From Vicugna vicugna (lineage: Eukaryota): a stretch of 64,000 nt of DNA. Below, piece by piece: positions 50,801 through 63,667 of the stretch. Position 1 is the first letter of the stretch, and every line of letters begins with the position of its first letter. Below the pieces are notes generated by a model that saw only the letters and a list, made by a program, of their open reading frames with translations, ran no database searches and was not told the DNA's origin. The stretch spans positions 186,001 to 250,000 of the forward strand of contig MU057987.1 of NCBI GenBank assembly GCA_013265495.1. The letters are read 5' to 3'. A program made the translations under genes and the position numbers.

Positions 50801-51129
50801 CAAAATACGTGAGATTAAAACAGCATTAGTGGTGAGAGAAAAATGTGCATTTATTATAAGCCATTAGTATCAATTAAATTATAGACCACAAAATCATAAT
50901 GTAATTATAACTACAATGTTTAACTTTTTGGATTGATCTATTTCATTTCCATCTAACCAAATAACTTATGAGTATATATTGTATAAACTAAATTATCATG
51001 CAAATAACAATATAGCTATTATTTTGAAAAGCACAAAATTTACAAAAATTCTCAATTTATCAAGGAAGAATAGATTTTATCCTGCTCTATTCTTCTATAA
51101 CACTTCATTCACCAGTAGACAAAGCATCT

Positions 51130-51363
51130 TTCTCAAGCTTCTTCTCTGATATCTCTCCTTCCACACACCTGAGAAGGTCATTGTGTCTCACACGTCTAAT
51201 ACTAGTCTTCTCTGACTCTCACACTAAATTATTTCCCTAAGAAATCCTATCCAGCTTCACTGGCTTAAAATACCATTTGCATTCTTGTGAATGATGCTTT
51301 TTGCCTCCTATCCCAGTCTCTCTTCTGAGTTCCAGATCCCAATTTCCATTGACCCATTGGACA
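51130..51363 (+). mobile_element. L2 internal fragment
   Basis: TGGCTTAAAATACCATTTGCAT...CTCTCTTCTGAGTTCCAGATCCCAATTTCCA. Confidence 0.6.
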
Positions 51364-52199
51364 AAATCAATCCTTTATCACACACTTGAAGGGAGTGGAC
51401 AAGGTGAAGAAAGACTTAAAAAACAAATATACACACAAATCACAATTATTGTAGGAAAAAACAATCGGTATTCGTCAACCTATAGATAAATGAGGCTCAC
51501 CTCAAGCTGTGCAGGGTGGCCACTCCCACCACGCCTGCCTGGAGGGGTGTAGGAAGGGCATCCAGACCCTCGCCACTGTCTGTTGCCTTTCAGGTTACAC
51601 GGCAGCCACTGCCTCCCTGCCCTCCCCGCCTTGCCATCACCATCAGCACCGTCGGTACTCCGTTACTGTGTCTTGTCAGAGAGAACAACTCCCAGAAAAC
51701 CACCAAGGTGGGAGGCAGGGAGTGAATGCCAGCATCCTGCATCCTGAACATTAAGAAAGAGTGCTAGGTGCTTTCTTTTGACGCTGCATACTGGTCACTG
51801 AAGCTTTTCCTACACTTGACTGATCCCAAATATCAGAGATGCACTGGTGAGGAGGAGGAGGATGCCATTTTTGACCTAGCAGAGCCCCAGAAGATAAACG
51901 CTATCTAGACTATAGGAATGATTAGCCCTGGCCACCTTCTCGGCTGTAGGTCAAAGAAGGGAACAGGACAGGCTTATTCAAGCAGACAAGGAAAATACAC
52001 ACATTCTATCTGCTGACAAATCGGGTGATTCTGGAGAGATGGCTTCTTGTTAGAAAACAGGATGAAAGGAAAAAAAAAACACTAACAGGGCTGGAGAGGG
52101 AAAATGTCACTGAACAATGGAAAGCTAAATCACCTTGTCCTGAAATACTCAGAAACAGTAATGGAAAGTATTTATTACAGGTAACAGAATAATATGTTA

Positions 52200-54530
52200 G
52201 ATAATTTTTTGTTAGTCTCAGTTGAATTCAAGAATCAAAAAAAAATTAAAGAGCAAACTGATTAAATACAAAACAGGGAAAATAACAGGATGTCATGAAA
52301 AGGGAGAAGGGTGAGATTATGAAAGACTGCAGATAAACTAATATTAAACATCAGATTAAAGTTGCATTGGAGGATTTAAAGTATGTCATATGATTTATGA
52401 GCAGGCCTCGTAAGGGACCTACTAAAAGGAAAATTTCATGGTGCAGATGTAGAGGACGAAAAATAAGTAAGAACATAAGCAATTCAACCAATAAGCTTGA
52501 TACTTCTGAAATTAAAAACATTAAACTATTTCATAAAGACTAAGCAGCTGGAAGTGAGAACAGAGGCAAGCAGAAAATCTTGACGAGCAAAAGAGTTTTC
52601 AAATTTTGGTGCAGACATTTGTGACTGGTTAAAAGAACAGAAAGCAATCATTTATGGAACAGGAAAATAATAAAGAACTTTCCAATTTACAAAGGGAAAA
52701 ATGAAATGGACAGAAACGCAATCAAAGCAACAAAAATAAAGAAAATAAAAAAAAGAGGGAGAGATGTAAAATAAATAGTGAAGGAAGATGGAAGGTATGC
52801 CAGCAAGAATACACTACACTAAATGTGAGTGGACTGAATTCGCTAATGGAAAGACAAATCACTGGGTAGGTGAAAACTAAACACAGTTAAATGCTGTTTA
52901 TCTGATACTACTTAAAATGAAGTAATGAAGGAAGGTTGAGTGTAGAGGGTGGACCAAGACATAGCAAGCAAATACAAAGAGAGAAAACAGAGCAGGTACT
53001 ATTAACACTACACACAGTTGGAATTTCAGGTTAAAGGCACAGTATAGGACAAAGAGGAACACTGTGTAATGATAAACTCACATATAAAAGAAATCTCACA
53101 GACCTATGCACATGTGTACCATATATCATCACAACTAAATACATAAAGCAAGAAGTATTAGAATGCAAGATGGGCTTTCTAAAATCGCAGTGTAGTACAG
53201 TTTGAAATTTCCATAATCCCTCTCTCAGAACTAGACAAATGTGGTAAATAAAAATAGTAAGGACATAGAAGAATTGACTAATAAAATCAGTAAACTTGAT
53301 TAGTGTCCACATGGAGAGGACCTCACGTTTTTCTAACAGGAGAATGTGTAGTTTTTCGCTGTTCATGAAGTCTTAACAAAATAGTCTGTAACATTTGGTC
53401 ACAAAGAAAATCCTGACAGTTGTTTACAAGTTGGTATTTTACAGGTCTCTAGGTCTGATCATAATCCAATAAAATTAGAACTAAATAATTAAAGTTGATC
53501 TAGAATAATCCAGAAGTATATCTCATTAATCATACATCATATATTTGTTTATCAAGTGTAATCATAGAAAATACATGGCATTTCAATTAAACACGAAAGA
53601 ATTAATTATTTAATAAATGATACAACTGTCCATCCACCTAGAATAAAATAAAACTGGAAATCATACAAATATAATTTCCAGATAAAACTTTTTAATGTAA
53701 AAAATAAAATAATAAAATTCACGCAAGAAAATATATTCTCATTTAATTGAAAAACCCAGGGGGAAAAAAAAACAATATGCAGAGCAAAAATATCAAAAGC
53801 AGAAAGTTAATCAATAAATGATACATTTTTGAAAAAACAATTGGTAAAGCAGATAGCCACAGGACTAATACTTAAATTTTTAGAGGTATTATTTCTTATG
53901 TCAATAAGAAAGCAAACCAATGGAATATTAAAAACAATTAACAAATAAATCTTAATGACTGAAAATATATGATAAGACGCTCACAGTCACTAATAGGGAA
54001 AGCGAATGAAAGGAATCAGATATCTTTTTATAGTCTTCAGAGTGGCAAAACTTAAAAGACTAAGAACATATACTGTAGGCGAGAATGTGAGAAAATAGTA
54101 CAGTGAGACTATGAGGTGTTGGCACTTTTTTGAAATCAATCTAGCAACATTTTGTAAAATCAAGCATTGGTATATCTTTTGAGCCAGCAGTCTCATTCTT
54201 GGTACTAAAACTCCGAGAAAGAAAATCCCAAGGGAAAATACAAGTACTTAAAGGAGAATGGCTGAATAATGCTGCTGGAGCGATAGGGAAAAATACGCAG
54301 CTACTAAAAAGATTGAACGTGAGCTGCAGTAATTCTTCTTCCAGAAATTTTCAAGAGGTATGTTCAAGCAAAAAAAGCAAGATACAGAAGAGTGTATAAT
54401 ATACCATTAAAAACAAACAAACAAACAGTAACAATGGAAACCCTGTAGGTGGAGGAAAATGTGCAAGCCACGCATTCTAGATGTTAGTGTGAGTTATTGG
54501 GAAGAGGTAGGGGCTGATGGATTAAATAAA
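52200..54530 (+). mobile_element. Ancient L1M relic: ORF1-like part, endonuclease domain (~52813-53490), large deletion, then 3' ORF2/UTR
   Basis: 52813 translates to TTLNVSGLNSLMERQ (cf. L1 EN ITLNVNGLN..KRQ). AGGACAAAGAGGAACAC (cf. RDKEGH); TCTGATCATAAT (SDHN); GGCACTTTTTTGAAATCAATCTAGCA. Confidence 0.8.
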
Positions 54531-55699
54531 CTGGACGCTTTCTTACTCAGTGTGGATAACAAAAATTACAGGTCTGTGATCCAATTCAACGACATTTCTT
54601 AAACTATCAAAATGCAGGCAATACACCTGCGTGCATTTAAAACATGCTGCTCAAAACCAGTCACATAACTTCATTTATAAAACAAGTGTGAGTATTTTAT
54701 TCTCATGAGAAGAGATTTCTTAAAAGACAGAAGGATTTACTTTCAAAAGTCCTAGCACACCCTCTATTGGTCTGGAAAATTAAGTGGGTAGGGAGTTTTT
54801 TGTCCTAGAGTCTAGAAGTCCTGCAATCTTTTGTTGTTTATTCTTTTTTTCTCTCTCTGACTTCTTGTCCTTTACTCTCCCTAAGGATGAAATTAATGGT
54901 CAGCTGCACCTGTCCATCTGATCTAGTTGGTTAATTCAGGATTAAAATTCACTTATTCAGCAACACTGCAACCCCTGTAGCTCTACAAAGACAGCAATAA
55001 TTCCAATTAAAAATGTACCTATTCTCTATGTACTATCTAATCCATATACAACCTTTGAAAAAAGATAATTAATGCTGCTTCTTGTCTCTGGGTTTTCAGT
55101 ATCTCTGTTGATAATAGCTTTGCTTTTAATCATTTGTTCCTATTAAAAAGCAGAAATAGGCAGAAAGAAGGGGGAGAAAACATTATTTGCGTCTCTATAG
55201 AGAAATTGCTTGGAAAGCTGTCAAAGTTTCTTTAGACGATTTAAATTAGGGAGGGTAGCTTTTGCAGGAAATGAATGTGAGACAACAGATGAGGCTGGGA
55301 AATTCACCGTGGATATTTTTTTGTTTTACATTAGGGTGTCCGGAGCATTGTGGGTATGTGCTTGCATGTGGGCATGTAAAACCCTTACATGTTCAAAAGG
55401 GTTCAAAAATGCATCTGCTTTAAATATAGAAATCTCCAAACTGATATTTTTTAGTAGCTTACAGCAATTCCAGGCTCCCTTGAGTGAACACGCCTCTCAA
55501 TAGAATATATCCAGAGTAATCTTGATTTACAAGCATAGTCAAATAGTAAATATTATCCCAAGCATTCTCACAAAGAAAACAGGCTCCTCATGTTTCAGAT
55601 CTACCTGTACCTAAAAAGTAGGTTGCACTAAATAGGGAGAGAGTCTTGGCTATTTCCTTAAAAGCAATTACTTTTATCCAAGCTGAAACCAACCAACTC

Positions 55700-56760
55700 A
55701 TCAATTAGGTAGTATTTCTCTCTTCATATTTGGTAATAAATCTTTCTCTACTTTTACATTGTTAATGTTTTTGTGTTATTTAGTTTTATTTCTCTCTCTT
55801 GTAAAAAAAATTATGCTTAGAGTTTATTTTCTTATTCTACTAATCGTCTTTTTAATGGAATTCTAAGCTATTTGTCCTGACAGTATTTGATGTCTAATCT
55901 TAATTCTGAAATCTTATTTTTTGTTTATTATTCTACTCTTCTTTCATATTTTCTTTAGTTACATGAACTGAGATTTTTGTTTTTAGAGATTTGCATTACT
56001 ATCTAAGGATTTTGAAACATTCACACTCTTGGCTTTTTTAAATTTCTATGGGAGACTCAAAGTTCTTCAAAAGTATGCATTTTGGGGGTTCTCAAAGTCA
56101 AGCATGAAACAATCTTTTGATACTGCCAATATAAATCAAGGTATTTAGAACAAATCTACTTTCATTTATCATAGCCTGATATTCCTTTTATTATTATAAT
56201 CTGGAACTTTTAGCATTCGCAAGGACTGCTTTTGGTATTCAACCTAATTTTATTTTTAACTGACTTAAATATCATTTCAAATAATTTATTTTATGACTCT
56301 GAATCTTTACTTTGGATTCTTTTTTCCTTTGGCTACAGTGTGTCTCCATTTTCCTGGAAAATTTTTGAAAGAATGCTTTGCCTCCAAGCCTAAAGCTTCT
56401 GGGTACAGGTGTCCTGTGGCACATCTTTTCTGTTCCCAGCCCTGGTGCTGCAGAGTTTTATTTTCCTAGATATCTCAAACTGCAGGGAAGTGCAAAACCA
56501 ATCTGATTTTTGTTCCCTTGTAGGAATTTTATCCAGATTAACTATAATTTTTTTTTCCTCCTACTTGGAGGAAAAAAGAAAAAAAAAAGGATCGTAGTGT
56601 TTTGAGGCATGGATCTCCTTTTTCATCATTCTTCTCACCTAAAATGTGAGCATTTCTGAACGTGTGTGTTCAGGTTTCTTTTATTCAGAAATATTTTTAT
56701 TTCATTACATCTGTTATTCTTTCTTACTTGTTCTGGTTTCAGGAGTTTCAAACATTCTTA
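55700..56760 (-). mobile_element. Very old L1/HAL1-like relic
   Basis: T-rich strand bias; GAAGTGCAAAACCAATCTGATTTTTGTTCCCTTGTAGG resembles antisense ORF1. Confidence 0.45.
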
Positions 56761-57689
56761 AAGAATACAGACTAAATACACATAGGCAAGTAGGGACATT
56801 CAGTTTAATTACAGACGTCAGTTTAGAGTAAGTTAACATACAAACTGTATTGTCAAACTGAAGATCTATTTAATCCCAGAACTGGTAGCCTATCTGCCAC
56901 AGTTTCAATATTTTGAACGTCTAGATTCTTTCTGGCTGGACTCTGAGTTTGACCCAACTTCCTCACTAACTGCCAACCAGCCCACGTGGACGGTCTCCCC
57001 TTTAGGGTTCGAGAATGCTCTTATCTGGTGCCTCGACTTTGACATGTCAACAAACAACCATTCTTTCTTTATTCTGGACCTTAACCCTAGACCCCAAATG
57101 TCATCATTACCTTGTCTTATCCTTCAACTTCATCTTATTGTAAAATTTGCATAACCCCAAATTCACTTCTATAGAATCATACACAGAATGTCTATATAAT
57201 TTGGTACAATATCATTGATTACAGTTATAAATTATGAAAGAAATGTGAGTAAACATAGGAGATACATAAGACTGTCATGGCTCTCATGTCACTACTGTGA
57301 CTGGACACAAGGTTCTAAGCTGCAGGTATGATGTTGATGTTTTTACAGGTGATATGTCAACAAAGATAAATATCAAATCTTTCCAACTTTGCCCACCTCT
57401 CATGCAATTGCGAGGTGATAAAAAGCTGAAGCTATGTTGAGAATCACACCTCCTGCTTCAGACAACAGAAGAGTACTGCAGACTTTATAACTGGACGAAA
57501 TCCCTCCCACTCAACATCTTACCCTCTATCTGCAGGCAGTTCCATCAGAGCTCCAGGAGCTGTGATGGGATATCAAGTCGCACCATGAAATGTCTTGCTA
57601 TGAGTCCCTGTTTTAAACTTGCTATACCTGAAAATAAAAGTCATTCTATTCTAGGGGTTCTTCCATTTTCCCAAATACTCACTTTGACC

Positions 57690-57821
57690 TCCAATTAGCT
57701 AACTTTGTAAAGTCCTTGAGAATGGGCACTTTGCTATTTACCCACAATGCCCGTATCAGGGTATTCAACACAGCATTTGCTCAACAGAGAGTAAGGAATG
57801 AATGAATGAATGAATGAATGA
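57690..57821 (+). mobile_element. L2 3' end with (GAAT)n tail
   Basis: TGTAAAGTCCTTGAGAATGGG...GCTCAAC...GAATGAATGAATGAATGAATGAATGA. Confidence 0.7.
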
Positions 57822-59107
57822 AAGACAGAAAGAAACAAACAAACCAACAGTTGTTGATCCGGATTCCTACCCATCTTTTATCCATGTATCAAAAGTAAAT
57901 TCCTCTGTTGAAGTGAATTTAAGTTGAAACTACGGTGCAGAATTCTTCATACTTAAAAGCGTCTATAGCAGGGACATACTCTTTCTCTTTGTAACTGTGC
58001 TTGGTTCTTTGGAGAAATCCCTCTTAAGAAACACCTCTCTCGGGTGTATGAAAAGCCTTAATAGACTTGGCACCACCTCCCCGAGCCATGTATAGTAGAC
58101 CTGACTACTCTGGTTGCTGTCATCACCCTCAAGACAATTACTGCTCTATTTTAACCTCAGTCTTTCAAGCACTTTGGAATCTGAGATAACTACAGAGTTA
58201 CTTGATGTACTGAAAACTGCCCAAATTCGACTTTCTCTTTTGTTCTAATTCCTTGGTTCACTGAGAACATTGTATCCAGCCTGTCTCTCTGTTTCCCCCA
58301 TGAGATCTGAGATGACTTGTCAAGGAAGAACAACAGTGAGAAGAATAATTAATGATCCTTTGATGCCTGCCAGCTCTGAAGAGGCCCTTACCTGTGGGCT
58401 TTCGAGGGTTCCATGATTACCTGACAGTTTCCACTGCTTGCCTATCTTGCCAAGTTTCCATATTTCCCTCTGATCACGGCAGACGGTGTAGATCTCTTCT
58501 GAGTCTCCACTGCACTACAGCTTGGTGTATTCAAGTAAATCTTCTCCATTCAAATGATCCCAGCACATGTACAGCATGCTTCAGAAGCATCCAGTTTTGA
58601 TGGTGTGCGGAATGCTTCCTCTGAGAGGTTTGAGATAACCACAGACGTCCTGTGGCATCTGTTCTTCTGTCTTCCACTTCAACATACAAAGGGATTTAGA
58701 AACTGCTCCCTGAACCAGACATCACTTTTCCTCCCAAATAAACTCGTAAGTCTTTCACCCCATCTTGCTGTAAGCTGGGCCACCGAGGAGGAAATAACTG
58801 TGTTCTACAAAACTTGGCTATTACTTTTTGAAAGATAAATGATACATAAATACATAAAGAATAGGGCTGGGGCTAAGTATGAACTTATATAAAATATGTA
58901 TGCCAGGGCCTTGCTGGTCTCACAGAAGTTCTTCACATGTCCTGTGTTCAGCTCTAGTTATGACTGAGGAGCAAGGCTCCACACCAGTAGAACAGGAGCG
59001 TAAGTGTGAGGACACGGAGGCGGACTGAGACAACAGCATCTTCTGTCCTCAAGTGATTATTATTTATTTGGGCAACTTAAAAGGCCACTGAAAAAAATCA
59101 CTGTGAC

Positions 59108-59395
59108 TTTTGCCCACCTCCTGATCTTCAAGGAGAGGGTCTGGAGGCTGAATTAATAGATGGCTGATGGCTTAATCAATCATGTCTACATAAGAAGGCT
59201 TCCACAAAGACCCAAGAGGACAAGGTGTGGGGAGCTTCCCAGTTGGTGAACACAGAGAGACGCTGGGAGAGTGATGCATCCAGAGACTGCGGAAGCTCTG
59301 TGCCCCTCCCCGCACACCTCGTCCTCTACATCTCTTCTGGTTGTTCCCGAGTTGTTTGCATCCTTTCCTAATAAAATAGTGATGTAGTAAGTTTA
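59108..59395 (+). mobile_element. MER21-type LTR fragment with L1-style insertion hallmarks
   Basis: TTAATCAATCATGTCTAC; GGAGCTTCCCAGTTGGTGAACAC; GGAAGCTCTGTGCCCCTCCCC; AATAAA 59370-75; A-tract 59395-402; 17-bp TSD 59091-107 and 59396-412. Confidence 0.85.
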
Positions 59396-60970
59396 AAAAA
59401 AATCACTATGACATTGTTTCATTTTACTTGAAAAAAATGATAAATGGATCAATTTCTTCCATGAAACTAATTATTTTTCTCAATTTTTTTTTATCTAAAG
59501 AAAGATTTTTGCCAAGTAACTTTTTTTTTATGAGCAAAGAGGTTTTTATCAGAAATTCTGTTTTGGGAAGTTTCAGAAGCTTCAGGGATAAACTTTCCAA
59601 TACAAAGTGGACTAAACATTCCACATCATAAAAACCACAGAACGGGGTGGGCAGATAAGGCATTAAAGAGTTTGTTTTGAGCTAAATCACCCCAGGAAGA
59701 TATTTTTCAATTTCCAGAACTCTTTGGGGAAATTACGTCCCAAAGACCCCCTTTAATTCAGGGCTATCATATCCCATTGTGTAAATTGCTGCACAACTTA
59801 AACAAATGTCTATCAATTAGACCACTAGGCGGTATCAACACGGTGGCCTCAAATCCGTATTTATCATTTTAGAAACCTGAAAGAAATAGTTTATTCCAGG
59901 AGAACTGAATCTTTCCCTCCCAAATCTTATTCAGAACACCAGCCCCTTAAATAGATAAAAGCACAATTGCTCTGTTGGAAACGTAGGTGGGGAATCCCAG
60001 GGACCCACCCCTCCCAGCTCCCTGGGAGGGATTTTAGATCTCCATGAAAAACAGCCCAAAAGTGGTGTCTTAAAGCAAAAAGTTTGTATAAGGAAGAGAC
60101 ATATTTTCCAAGATTAGTTGAAGCCATGGAATGTGGTTCGACAGAAGAGCGTCAACCTGGACATCAATAAACCACTTCAAATCTGGCTGTGGGTGACCCA
60201 CAAAGTCCTGAGCGAGTCTCCCCTGTTCCAGGAAGCTGGACCAGATAAACGGGAGTGGGACGAGCCTCTTCTGAGCCATGGGTTCTTTGGGAATCTGAGA
60301 AAAACGTTGTAGATCATCTCGCTTTACCCTGTCAAAGCCACACAGACCCACAGTTAGACTTTGAATGTCTAAGATCTCCCGAGCTCCACGGGCACCTACC
60401 CTAGGGAAACATAAGGTCATTTGGATCTTGCTGTTGTTCTAACATTTTTCAGAACATCTTTAAGTGATTTTTAAAGTTTAACAAGGAACGTTACCCGGCA
60501 TTCTGTTTGCTTCCCTACTGGGTCAGCTGGATTTCCTCTGCTCCATGGGTACAGAATAAGATTACATGCCTAGCTCTAAACAGAATGTTTGCAAACTTTG
60601 CTCCCTTCAAAAAAAGAGGAGGGGGGATTCTAACGAGTATAGGTCAGTGCAATCATTTCCCCTCCTGGAAACATGCTTTACAAAGCAAGTCCTTCTGAAG
60701 TGAAGACACTAAATCACATCATGCATGAAACAACACTGCCCATCAGAGGAGACATTACCTGCAGGTCTGCTGTTGGTGGATGTCCAGCTGGGTCCCTTAA
60801 ACTGGACAGAAGGCTGAAGATGGCCACCAGCCCTTTCAAATATTAGGCAGTTTCTGCAAATATTAGGCACTTACTATTTCTTGTTGAAAAAGGAATGACC
60901 AAGGCGTAATCTGCACCCCTTCTGTTCCTTCTCAATTCCAAACAATATTATCGTTTATAATTCAATTCTT

Positions 60971-61622
60971 TTTTTTAACATTTTTTATTGATTTACAATC
61001 ATTTCACAATGTTGTGTCAAATTCCAGTGTTCAGTACAATTTTTCAGTCATTCATGGACACATACACACTCATTGTCACATTTTTTTTTCTGTGAGTTAT
61101 CATAACATTTTGTGTATATTTCCCTGTGCTATACAGTGTAATCTTGTTTATCTATTCTACAATTTTGAAATCCCAGTCTATCCCTTCCCACCCTCTACCC
61201 CCCTGGTAACCACAAGTCTGTATTCTCTGTCCATGAGTCTTTAGATTCCACATATGAGCGATCTCATATGGTATTTTTCTTTCTCTTTCTGGCTTACTTC
61301 ACTTAGAATGACATTCTCTAGGAGCATCCATGTTGCTGCAAATGGCGTTATGTTGTCGGTTTTTATGGCTGAGTAGTATTCCATTGTATAAATATACCAC
61401 ATCTTCTTTATCCAGTCACCTGTTGATGGACATTTAGGCTGTTTCCATGTTTTGGCTATTGTAAATAGTGCTGCTATGAACATTGGGGTGCAGGTGTCAT
61501 CCTGAAGTAGATTTCCTTCTGGATACAAGCCCAGGAGTGGGATTCCTGGGTCATATGGTAAGTCTATTCCTAGTCTTTTGAGGAATCTCCACACTGTTTT
61601 CCATAGTGGCTGCACCAAACTG
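60971..61622 (-). mobile_element. Young 5'-truncated camelid-type L1 with uninterrupted ORF2p C-terminus
   Basis: Open frame SLVQPLWKTVWRFLK...CTPMFIAALFTIAKTWKQPKCPS...LICGI* (to 61241). TSD CAATTCTT at 60963-70 and 61623-30. Confidence 0.95.
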
Positions 61623-62444
61623 CAATTCTTGATAGTGATGGAAAACCAGTTACTTCTGACCCCAGCAGTGTCCAAATTTCTAAATGGCTGAAACTGATGT
61701 TTTTCTTTTTCTGCATTCTTCTGCTCACTGACACTTTATTTTGCCTCTTCTAAGACATTGATAAAATTCTAACTTGCGTGTGAATTCTGTACATATACTT
61801 GGAAAATGTACATTTCTGGAGAGCAGGAACTGGACTCCAAATGACAAATAGTTTCTTCTCTTCTGTCAACTTCTATTTATCAATTGGGTGAGGCTGCCCG
61901 GAGCACAGAGCTAGAAGAATTAGAACTATTCCAAGGAAGGGATTTTGCAATCAAGAATATCTGCCCAAATACAGAAGGTATTTTAAGGATCCTAAACTAT
62001 ACTTTCACTAGCCTATCTCTCAGCACCCCTGGCAGGGCCCCTTCTCACCCAAAGCACATCACAGAAGGCAGCAGTCACTGAGAAAATTGGTAGATGTTGT
62101 AAAGAAGGTAAAACAACATACATAAAATCACCACCAAGTCCCTATTTCTTTGATCTTTTGGGTTTAAGAAAATGCACAACATTTTGTCTATTATTTTTAA
62201 ATCATAAAAATATAGGTTCCAATGTGCCTAGAAAATTTCTGGAAATACACAACAAAACGTTTAATGATGACTGCCCGGGAATGAGAATGCAACTGGCTGG
62301 AGGAAGTCCTTTGCTCTGAGCACAATTTCTGGAGGAGGGGCCTCACCACCAGGCGCTTTGGTAAAGTATGACTTCTGAGTTAACGCTGATATCAAGTGTA
62401 ATCCCAGACCAACCTCCTTAAGAGGAGGATTCTTCTGTCACTTT

Positions 62445-62520
62445 AGGATCCTGGCCATTTTCTGAAATAAAATAGGTGCTCAATGTAAGCTTGTCGGATG
62501 ATTTGATGAATCAACCAACC
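62445..62520 (+). mobile_element. L2 3' tail fragment
   Basis: ATAGGTGCTCAATGTAAGCTTGTCGGATGATTTGATGAAT. Confidence 0.5.
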
Positions 62521-62603
62521 AAGCAACCCACCAAAGGGCCTTACACGTGCTACCTAAATTACAACTATAGGCCACTTCCGCCCAAACCCCTTTCTTGCTT
62601 CAT

Positions 62604-62800
62604 GACAGCCAGTTTGACCAGAATTCACACTTTTTGTCTCTGTCATTTGTTAGCTGTAGGGTTTAGGGTAAATTTTTTGAGTCTCAATTTCCCCCTTTGT
62701 AAAATGGGGATGAGCCTTCTTTTGCAAAGTTGTTGTTGAGATTAAGTAGGATGATACCCAGCTTGGGACCAAGTGAATGGTAGGTACCACTGTGGTTAAT
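62604..62800 (+). mobile_element. MIR SINE
   Basis: CTCTGTCATTTGTTAGCTGT..GAGTCTCAATTTCCCCCTTTGTAAAATGGGGATG..GTTGTTGTTGAGATTAAGT. Confidence 0.75.
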
Positions 62801-63574
62801 TTCTTCTAGGTGCCACTAACTCTCAAGGCTAACTTTGTGGGTGATTTTCCTTCTCTTTATTTCAGTGATGTGGTAGGAACTTAACAACAACAAAAAAATC
62901 CTGCAAAAATGTTATTATTCAGCTTCTACTGGGTGATCGGATATCCCAGACTTGGACTGTACTCCCTGTGAGCACTTACAGAAGTGGATGGCAATAATTT
63001 AAAAGACAACGCAGCTGAGCTGATTCATCAGTTAGTGCCCTCCGCTGAACTACGTGTCTCCATGATGTCCCTAAGGTGCTTGCCTATTTCCCAATGCCCT
63101 TCATGTGGCACTTAATAATACAATGTCAAATTTGTCCTTCAATAGGTAATCACATTGTTATCAGAGTTTGAGAGGGACAAAAATAATAATGTGAAATTGT
63201 TGGGGGTGAATGCCACCTTCATAAATGTATTTAATTTCTTCTAATCCCTTTTTCTTTTGGCTGCAACACGAATCCTATGTGAATTTTAATCAGTTTCTAT
63301 AAAAGCATTTCTTTTGAACTTTTTGAAAAATCACACATATCATATTTTCTAGAATGACAGCCACTTTCCATCTTTACATGTGTCCATGTTTTTTTCTAAG
63401 TTCCTTAAAAAGTTAAGAAAAAGTTGATAGAAGTGGCAAACCCTTTTATCTAACCATAACCCTGTTGGTCTAAATACTGAATGCCTTCTTAAGTTGTTTT
63501 TAAAACCTAATAGTCTAAAGTCTAGACAGACATTTCAGTGATTAAGTAAGCTATTTCGTCAATTCAGTTAAATA

Positions 63575-63667
63575 AATTAGATATGACTAACTCATTTTGG
63601 TGTCTCCTAACTCAGCTTACAGCCTTGTCCAAACATAGTGGGTGCTAATAAATATTTATTGATTTGA
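63575..63667 (+). mobile_element. L2 3' tail fragment
   Basis: CATAGTGGGTGCTAATAAATATTTATTGATTTGA. Confidence 0.6.

Noticed and set aside
58388..58660. Minus-strand donor CAG|GTAAGG with exon-like upstream sequence
   Set aside because: Stops in all three minus-strand frames and no clear acceptor; at best a non-coding exon, and unsupported.
60837..60869. CAAATATTAGGCA twice at a 20-bp period
   Set aside because: A simple local duplication with two copies only.
61241..61675. 144-aa minus-strand ORF
   Set aside because: It is the L1 ORF2p C-terminus plus read-through into flanking DNA, not a cellular gene.
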